Shown here: positions 47,701 to 56,785 of the stretch, in pieces
How the letters are laid out: each line of letters starts with the position of its first letter
Numbering within the stretch: position 1 is the first letter of the stretch
From: Rhizaria sp. SCN 62-66
Lineage: Eukaryota
DNA: 59,563 bases
Assembly (NCBI GenBank): GCA_001724265.1
Contig: MEDY01000159.1
Coordinates: 1-59,563, forward strand
Direction of reading: 5' to 3'
The notes under the pieces: generated by a model
What the model saw: the letters and a program-made list of their open reading frames with translations, nothing else
The model's database searches: none
Told to the model about the DNA's origin: nothing
Made by a program: the position numbers and the translations under genes

Positions 47701-49308
47701 TCCGAGCCAGTGGCTGCCGGCGCCCGCCCTCGCTATACTGGAGCAGCTGCAGCAGACGCCCGTGCGCTCCTTCGCGGGCGCCGTCGCCGTCGTCGTGCTG
47801 TGTCTGGGCGGCACGGCCTACGTCGCGCACGCCGGCGACGCGCGCGCCGTGCTGTCGCGCTCCGGCGCCGTGGTCGAGCTCACCCGGGACCACACCGCGC
47901 ACCGGGGCTCAGAGCGGCGCAGGCTCGCGCGCGCGGGCGTGGGCGTCGACCGCGAGGGCCGCGTTAACGGCGAGGTCGAGGTCTCGCGCTCGCTGGGCGA
48001 CCTGGACAGCGGCAGCCTGCGCAAGACGGCCGGGCTTGCCGCCGAGCCCGAAGTGCGAGTCGAGGCCATCACGGACCGCGACGAGTTCTTCATCCTGGCC
48101 TGCGACGGGCTCTGGGACGTGCTGCCGCCCGCGGTCGCCGTCGGCATCGCGCGCCGCGAGCTGCATCTGACCGGAAATCCGCAGAGCGCGGCGCGCGCGC
48201 TGGCCGCCACCGCGCTGGAGCTCGGCTCCAGCGACAACGTGACCGTCGTCGTCGTGGGCTTCGAGCGGTGGTGTCACCGCCACTGTCCGCCCGTGGTCAT
48301 GGCGCGCGACCAGTCTACATGCCAGGCGGCGACTGAGTCTGAGGAGGTACTTAGATTCGGCGAAGGGGAAGTGCGCAGTGGTGAATGCAGCGTTGGCCAA
48401 GTCAAGCGCGAGAAAGAATCCGCCCTCTCCAACTGCAATGCCAACGACGACTCCTTATGTCGTCGCCGCACAAGTGACTGTGAGCCCGCAAGTGACTGTG
48501 AGCGCGGGTGGGCAGCGTTCCAGCTCGTCCGCAGCGCCCGCGCCCGCGCTCGGGCCCTGGGCCTCAGCGAGCTCGAGTACGCTCTCGCGCATCCACACAC
48601 CAGCTCTCTCAGCCTCACCCACGGTTACACTGACGACCCCAGTGGCTCTATGAATGCGCGCAGCTGCACTGGGGGCGACGGCTCGCTGCAGCAGTGTCTC
48701 GGCGCGGGCGCGAGCGTTGTAGCCTCTCCCGTGACCCAGGAGGAGGTGTCGCACCTGCTCAGCGGCGGCGCGGCCACCGACGTCGCCACTTTGCGACAAC
48801 AACAACAACAACAGCAACAGCAACAGCTGTATCAGTCGAGCAACAGCAATGGCAACAGTAATCTCCATGGCGATTATGGCACCTGCGGTAGCTGCGACTG
48901 CAATTGCCACAGCAGTCGCCTCGCGAGTGACAGTGAGCCCCGCAGTCTAGGTGACCGTGAGCCCCGCCACAGTCTAAGTGACTGTGAGCACCATCACAGT
49001 CTAAGTGACTGCGGGCCGCCGCGCAAGGACAACGTGGACTGGGGCGCCGTGTGCTGCGCTGTGGGCCCCCGGATCGTGTGCGCGTGCGCCGGCGCCTACG
49101 CCAGCGCAAACAACAACAGCTCCAACACGAACGCGAATATGAATCCAAGCGATGGCAATGAAGCCTCCAAGAGCGACGCGAGTTTGAACGACCACGGCCA
49201 CGGCCACTACCACTGCTCGGCGTGCTTCTGCTTCCGCCAGCACAGCGGCTGCAGGTGGGTCCGGCAGCAACAACAACAAGGCTACTCCGACAGCAGCACC
49301 AGCAGCAC

Positions 49309-49345
<37 letters not shown>

Positions 49346-50116
49346 GCTGATGCTGATGCTGATGCTGAGGTGACCGTGAGCACCGTCGGCAACGTCGTCG
49401 TTCGCGGCGATATAGGCTTGTGGTGGAACCAGCAGAACCGCGTCGTGATCAATGTTAAGCCGCTTTCTAAGGACGACTTGCTCAACGCGACCGCGATCTC
49501 CACCGCGCAGCAGCGGCTGAGTCAGCAAACGCAGTAGTCTCCGGCGGCGGCCACCTACCCGCTCACGCCGACCAGCAACAGCAGCTACTTTGGTCACACC
49601 AGCAGCAGCACCAACAACACCCCGTTCGGCGACGGCGTGGCCACACCGGCCGCCTCTGCCGCGCCCGCTGTGACCGCCTCTGCGAACTCGACCGCCGCGA
49701 GCGCGCGCATGTCGCCCATCGTCAGCACGCCGACCGGCAGCAACAGCGTTGCGACTGTTGTTGCTTCGGAAGCGTCCGGTACTCCTGCTGCCACCGCTGG
49801 TGACAGCCGCGCAGGCGCGGGCACCCCCACGGCGACCGACGCAAGCCCCTCCTCGGCCGCCGCCGGACCGTGCCAAGGCTGTTCGCTCGAGCCCCACGCC
49901 GAGACCGGCCAGCTCTACTGCTCCGGCCGCTGCGCCGCGCCGCTCGTGGCCACCGCCAAGGCCTGGAAGCCGCCCTTCAAGCGGCTGCAGCAGAAGGCGG
50001 CGGCGGCAGCAGCGGTGGCGGCAGCGGCAGCATCGCCTGTGGCCGCAGAGACGGCGCCAGGAACTGCGGTTGCCGATACTGCCACGGTTGCTGCGACTGA
50101 AGATTTGAAGCTATGA
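40670..50116 (+). CDS. Giant PP2C/PPM-family protein phosphatase (~3148 aa) with one in-frame TAG at 49535-49537
   Basis: PPM motifs QGGRPQLEDEH, FAVYDGHCG, YVAHAGDARAVL, LTRDH, GRVNGEVEVSRSLGD, FFILACDGLWDV, GSSDNVTVVVV (~46750-48265). Track ORFs 40670..49537 and 49637..50116 are one frame joined by CAG TAG TCT. GC-rich coding composition ends at TGA 50114-50116. Confidence 0.85.
44681..44713 (+). repeat. (AAC)11 coding microsatellite (poly-Asn) in the PP2C gene
   Basis: Read directly. Similar AAC/AAT, CAG, GCG and GGC runs occur throughout the exons, e.g. 41804-41840 and 34098-34125. Confidence 0.9.
45863..45903 (+). repeat. Three copies of CTAAGTACCCC at 15-bp period
   Basis: Copies start at 45863, 45878 and 45893 and encode LSTPC-LSTPS-LSTPA. 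Part of a dispersed motif family described in the findings. Confidence 0.9.
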
Positions 50117-50451
50117 TTTATTTAGAAATGATACAATTTTGATATAGTAGAATAATCCAATACCCATACATAGAATGTGTATTTTTAATCCCAACGCTGT
50201 TCCTCTCGTATCTTGAAAAGATCGATGAAGTTTTCCACCACAAACCACTTCTCAAGCCTCGTCGCTGTCGGTCCAAGATCGGTGAGTGAGACATGCATTG
50301 AGGGGACAAGTGAGACAACTTGCTCAATCTCGTGTGCTGAATTCCCATCGACAGGAAACATCGCAACCGAGTATACGGAATTAATTGACGCGTACGTGTC
50401 TATTTGTAGTATCGCGCTGGAAGTCCTTGCTGTTCTTAGTGCTGTATCCCA

Positions 50452-53400
50452 ATGGCCGACCACTCGTCGCTGGAGCCCATGGCGCCAGCCTCCATCAACT
50501 CTCCGTTCCCCTCCCCGCCCCCCGCGGACGGGCCCTATGCCTCCGCACCGCTCCTAACGGGTGCGTATGAGTACGTTCAATGCTGCTGCACGACACAATA
50601 ACGCATACCACCTTCTCATTGTCCTTGGCCGTCTCTGTCCTAACAACTAACCAACTTATTCCCCACTCCGTCACTTCAACTTGACTTGTCTCATTCTTTG
50701 CTCTCTTATTCATTTCGCCTGCATTACCCACACCCTTGCAGCAAAGCGTCCCTTGCGGCGAGCGAGGACTCGTCGTGCTCCGCCTACGTGGCGGCCCGCT
50801 GGACGCGGTTCAAGTACTACTCCGCCCACGCCTGGCGCGAGTGCGTCAAGCGCAAGTTCCAATACTGTCTGGGCTTCTCCTCCATCCTCATTGTCGTCAT
50901 CGTTGCCGCCGTGTGCTTCACCATGGTTTCCAAGGCGCCTGCCATCTTCCTCCAGCAGGCCGAGGGCTCCGGCGGCCAGATCGACATGCTCGTGACCCCC
51001 GGCAGTGCCTCGGGCGCTGCGTACCTCAACTACCCCGCGTTCGCTGCGCTGACCGCGCCCTACGACGTGTCTGCCTACTCCGCCCCGCGGCTCCGGCTCG
51101 GCGCCGTGGCCTTTGGCCCCCCGTGCACCGCCGCCGTTGCCGCGCTGGGCATCACGGCCGGCCTGGTCAACGTCTCGGAGCCGGCCCCGTGGATGTACAC
51201 CGGCGATCCTCTCCTGCCCGGTACGCCATGATGAAGACTATCAAAACACGCTATGCAAAACACGCTACGATATGTTCACACAAATATCGTCTCGACTTTG
51301 ATCGATGAAATTTTGCCCCGTTGTATTGAAATGATGGACTTATATTCGTCTATTTGAATAATATTTGAGTTTCGTTGATAAATACCCTCGTCTGTGCACT
51401 CTGTACTCTGTATCTCTAACAATCGCCACCGTCTCTTGGTTTTCCTTGTTGTTTCCTCACACGATCATAACAGGCACCAACGGCACGTGCGGCAGCGCCT
51501 TCTACACCTGCTTGCCGACGATCTGCACCAACGTCGGCGCCGAGTCCTCCATCGCCGCGCTCAAAGTGCTCGCCATCGACACTGCCGCCGAGGCTCGCAT
51601 GGGTCTGGGCCGCGACTGGCCGTACGCCGCGGCGGGCGCGGTGCCGCCCGGGCAGCTGCTGCTGGGGGCCGACGCCGCTGACACGCTCGGCGCGCGCGCG
51701 GGCGATACGGTGATGCTCGAGCTCAACGACGTCGCCGCCTCGCCGCTGCTGCGCCAGTACCTCACGTTGGCGCTCATGCGGCGAACGGACCAAACCGACA
51801 TCAATAAATACCTGCCCAGCAACGCGTCGCTTGTCTGGGACGCCGCCATCACCTCCCGCGGCGCCGCGCTCGCCGTCCCGTTCAAGGTGGCGGCCGTGGT
51901 GGACTCGTTCAAGAACAAGTTCGCGTCGGGCGACAAGAGCAACCTCGCCGTGGTCGAGCTGACGGGGCTACTGGGTCACATCGCCACGCACCTGCACCCC
52001 GCGCTGAGTCTGCGCGACATCGAGGAGCTCGCGCTGGCGAGCGTGCCGGTGTACGACACGGACGACCTCCCGTACAAGGTGTTGCCGTGGTCGCCGGCGG
52101 AGGTCATCCTCAACGCAGCCACTGACGCGGCGGCTGTGGACCCGGCCGCCGTGCGGCTTGGCATCGAGGAGTTCGCGACCGAGATCCCGGTGAACTTGGC
52201 GCCCGAGCGTGTGGTCGAGTACCTGACGGACAACTACGACCTGCTGCAACAGCGCGTGATCACATTCGCGACGCAGACGCTCTTCATCGCCGGCTTCACC
52301 GAGGTCGAGGTCGAGACGCCCATCCTGGACGAGTTGCGGCCACTGCGCTTCTTCTCGCTCTTCCTCGGCCTCATCCTGTCCATCATCCTCACGATCCTCT
52401 TCGTGCTGTCGTTCATGCTCATCTACTCGCTCCTCATGATCTCGGTCGAGACGCGCACCTTCGAGCTGGGCGTGCACCGCATGACCGGGCTCACGCGCGT
52501 CGGCGTCATCAACATGCTCCTCGTTCAGGCGTTATCCTACGCGATCCCGTCTTGGGCCGTGGGTCTACTGCTGTCACAGATCCTCACTGTCGTCGTGGTC
52601 AACATGCTCTCGACCTCGGTCGAGGTACCGATGGCCAACACGCTCACGCCGCTGTCGATCGGCATCGCCACGGTGCTGGGCATCTGCATCCCGCTCGTCG
52701 CCGCAATCCTGCCCATCCGCGACGCTCTGTCCAAGAACCTGCACGACACGCTTGACACGCGCCACTCCAAGACGCTGGGCGTGAGCTTCAACATCGAGCG
52801 CTCGGACGATGGGTCCATTTCGGCCACGGCGCTCGTCGTCGGCGTCGGACTCGTCGTCTTCGGCTTCCTCATCTACTACCTGCTCCCCTTGTCGCTGCTG
52901 TCTCTCAACCTGACGCTCTTCTTCAACATCTTCTTCGGCATCCTCGTCGGCCTGCTCTTCGGACTCATCATGCTCTCGCTCAACTTCGAGCACCTGGTCG
53001 AGCGCCTCGTTGTGTCACTCTTCTTCTTCTGGGAGCTGCGCTCGATCCCGCAGATGGTGCTCAAGAACCTCGTCGCGCATCGGCTGCGCAACCGCAAAAC
53101 GACCATCATGTACGCGCTGTCACTGGGCTTCGTCATCTTCGTCACCGTCGCCTACACCACCGAGCTCGAGTCCGCTAAGGCAACCTCGATCAAGTCCGAG
53201 GGCGCACCGCTGACGCTCTCGGCGCGCGGCAGCGGCTCCATAAGCTACGGTAGCGCTGGGCGCGTCGAAGCGCTGCTGACCGCGCACACCGAGACCGTGG
53301 TCGCGGACTGGGCATGGGTGAGCCGCGACATCAACTTCGCGAACCAGTTTTCCGACGTGGCGACTTCTAACCTGGGCCACTACTACGAGCACGGCGTGAG

Positions 53401-54343
53401 CGTGCACGCCGTGTCGCCTTCCTTTTTCAACATCGGCTACAGCGCATACCTGGTCGCCCCGATGGAGGACCGCTCGACCTCGCTGTCAATCTCGGAGCAG
53501 CTCTACACCGTGCGCGGCGGCCAGAGCCTCGGGCTTTCACAGGGCATTGCGTACCAGCTCAACCTGCGCTCGCTGCGCAGCGACTCGACCTTTCTGCTCA
53601 ACTTTCAGAACACAGACACGAGCTCGCTTGCGCAGCAGAAAGTCAAGCCGCTGGCCACCATGAGCTCGGGTTCCGGTCTCGAGTTCAAGGGCGGGACGCA
53701 GTCGGCCAACTTTCCCATCGTCATGTCTGTGCCGGCCTACTTGGAGGCCTCCAACGGCGCCTTCAGTACCATCGAGGACATCCCCTGGGAGAAAGTCATG
53801 ATCACGCTGCGTGGCTCGGCCAGCGCCAGTGAAGTGGCGCAGTTTAAGCGGCTGCTGAAGAGGGAGGCGTCGTCGATCAACGCGGCTTACTTCGACGCGA
53901 GCGATATCAGCGAGACGCTCGACTCGACGCGCGCGATGCTGGACCTCATCTTCAGTATCGCCACCTACATCGCCATGTTCCTCTGCCTTTTTTCACTCAT
54001 CGCGAGCATGTACAGCAACATCTACGAGTCCGCGAAGGAGATCGGCGTCATGCGTGCCATCGGACTCACCACGTTCCAGGTCACGCGCATCTTCGTCTAC
54101 GAGGCCTTCACGCTAGTGCTAGCGTCGTCGTTGCTCGGTATCATCATCGGTTTCATCATGGGCTGGACCATGCTGTTGCAGCGCGTCCTCTTCGTCAACC
54201 TCCCTATTCCGTTCATTTTCCCGTGGAGCAACCTCATCCTCGTCTTCGTCGCCGCCATCCTCTGCTCGTTCCTCGCCTCTTGGGGCCCCATCAAGGCCAT
54301 CACGCGCAAGACCATCTCGGCCGCCTTCCGCACCATCATGTAA
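50452..54343 (+). CDS. FtsX/MacB-like ABC-3 permease-domain membrane protein with two FtsX modules; 3 exons, ~1155 aa
   Basis: Exons 50452-50570, 50742-51220, 51474-54343. The exon 1 donor could alternatively be 50565. FtsX signatures SLLMISVETRTFELGVHRMTGL and SMYSNIYESAKEIGVMRAIGLT are each followed by TM helices; also KNLVAHRLRNRKT. Stop TAA. Confidence 0.85.
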
Positions 54344-55089
54344 GTGTCCCCTTAGACGCAACGTGTGTGTGCGGCCGCCTTCTAAGGTCAAGTGTGTGAT
54401 TGCTTCCATCAATTTTGTTGTTATATAGTCGTTCTGTTATTGATAATATTGGATTTTCTCTTTTTTTGTTTCTCGTCTAGTTTCGCTTTCGTTTGAGATT
54501 AGCTTTGATACTTTACGTTCGTCATAATTTCCTTGGCTGCTGGTGATCGTGGCAGACTATCTTTGAGTGTGAATATTTGCCAATTTTGTGAGTATACGAT
54601 GTGGTCGTTGTCCTTTCGTCATCATCAATACATTTATCAATCTTTTCATCTCGAACCACTGTTATATAACCCAGATCGTCTCAGCGCACTATGCTAGTCA
54701 TGTGTAAACTCGCTGGGTGTATTATGAATTGCTCTGTTCGTGCTACGTACGACTGATCAAGCAAGAAATATCGGAAGATGCGTTTCAATGCACAGTGCAT
54801 GCCAAGTTTTCAGGGAAGAATCGACAGATTGGCCCTCTGTCCCATGTGTTAGGATGACAATACAACTGACATTGAACAAACAACAGCAATCCAGCAAGCG
54901 GCAACAGTGCGAAGAAAGCATGCTGTGCGCATCGCACGAACTGCCAATAGTACTGTACCGACAAAATTAAAAACTAAGTACATATTTTAAAAAAGCGTCA
55001 TTCTGTCATACAAACAAAGACAGCATTCACCGTCCGATCGATCCAGCGTGTAGTTTTATAGACTTGACTGCGAAAGAGCGTTGTGTCGC

Positions 55090-56218
55090 TCACACAAGCG
55101 AGCGGCGCTCCTCGTCGTCGCCCTTCTCGCCCTTGCCGGTGTGTTTCGCGCCCACGTTGGCGGCGACGAAGTCGACAAAGCCCAGCCCCGAGGCGCGGAG
55201 GCGGTTCTCAGCCACGGCGAAGACAGAGCCCGCGGCGGCGCCCATGGCCATGTACATCCACGAGATGGGGTCCGCGCCCGGCGTCAGCGCCGCGTAGCTC
55301 GACATCGCGGGGCCCATCGCCTGCGCGAGACAAAAGAAGAGCGAGCACGAAACAAGAGTTCGGCCGAGGCAAGGAGTTAAGTCGACAAGAGAAAAATAAA
55401 GTGAAATCGTGCTTTACAATGCATGATTAGAAACAAAATGCTCGCAAAATACTAAAGGAGAGTAAATATCATGGGTCATGTTCCACGGCGCCGTACCTGC
55501 GTAAACATGGAGATGAGCGTGGTGCCGTAAATGACGAAGACGACGACTGCAGTGACCGTGGAGCGCCAGTCGAGCGCGATGGCGCCCATGACGAGCAGGT
55601 AGCCGAAGAAGCCGAAGACGAGAACGGAGGAGCCGGTGTGGAGGTGCTCCTCGCCGAACGCCCAAACGCCAATGCCGCCGAGGACGGCGATGGTGGCGAC
55701 GAGGTATGAGAAGATAGCGACGCCGCGCGCGCGCATCAGCACAAAGGCGCCCAGGATGAGCAGCGGGAGCGCGTTGATGACCAGGTGCGACAGCGAAACG
55801 TGCAGGAACGGCGCGACGGGAATGCCCCAAAGCCCGACAAGCGAGCGCGGGTAGATGCCGAACTTGTGCAGCTGGCCGGACATGCCCATGTCGACGCCGG
55901 CGCAGATGAGCATCACGGCCAGCATCGACAAGAGCACGCCGATCTTGAGACGCCAGTTCTCGACGTTATTCTGCAGAAAAGAAAACAAAAACAAAACAAG
56001 GGGATATGTTGGTCATATTATAATGTTTGTGTAAAAATGTGCGCGTTGGAGTGGTTTTTGTGAAGCGCGAGAGAGTGATAGTGTGATGTTAGGGCTGGTT
56101 ATCGTACCTTTCCGAAGACGACAGCGAGAATGGACTCGATGGAGCTGGTCTCGCGCTCGATGGCCTTCGTGGCCTCGCGCTTCACGGCGTCAGACACTGC
56201 GTCCTCGACAAAACCCAT
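55090..56218 (-). CDS. Rhomboid-family membrane protein of bacterial type, probably catalytically inactive; 3 exons, ~271 aa
   Basis: Exons 56218-56108, 55970-55497, 55320-55090, all phase 0. Motifs FGIYPRSLVGLWGIPVAPFLHVSLSHLVINALPL, HTGSSVLVFGFFGYLL, ISWMYMAMGAAAG. Stop TGA. Confidence 0.8.
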
Positions 56219-56785
56219 GGTTAAGGAAGGGAAATGTTGAGGGAAACACCCTGTGTGTCAGTGAGTGGCAGCCAGAGAGGAAGTGAGAGCAAGGGGGGAG
56301 CAGAGCAGAGGATGAGAAGATAACTTTCGAGGGTGGTTTGGTGAATTCATCATGTAGCTGCAGTGCTCTGGCAAATAAGTTATGCAGAAATAATCGTTGA
56401 AAACATCATAGTTCTATTACAATGCTCCATACGGAAAAGAGTCTTGAAACCAGCACTGGCAATTCTCCTTTGGTCGACCGCCAGCCCAGCAGCCAGAAAC
56501 ATGATTTGCTCGCGGCTGGTTCCGAAAAAATCTGAGCGGGCAGCCTCTAAAATTTTGAAATAGAGAACATGTCTAGCTCGTTAAATCCTCCGATGTCGCT
56601 TTTGCGATTGAAATCTGGATGTGTTTGTGTGGTGATATTTGTGAAGTTTCTTTTATTTTTTAAATGCACTCACTCCCCATCTCCCCATCTCGTTTGGCGC
56701 CCTACTCTCTCTTCCCCTTCACAACTCCCAGCTCGCGCCCTTTCACTTCCTCCGCTACACCGCCATTGCGTCCACTTGCAGTCGC

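Noticed and set aside
49520-49545. TAGs as 3' splice sites or parts of tiny introns (e.g. CAGTAG)
   Set aside because: There is no upstream GTACG-like donor, pyrimidine tract or AT-rich segment, unlike the 16 modelled introns.
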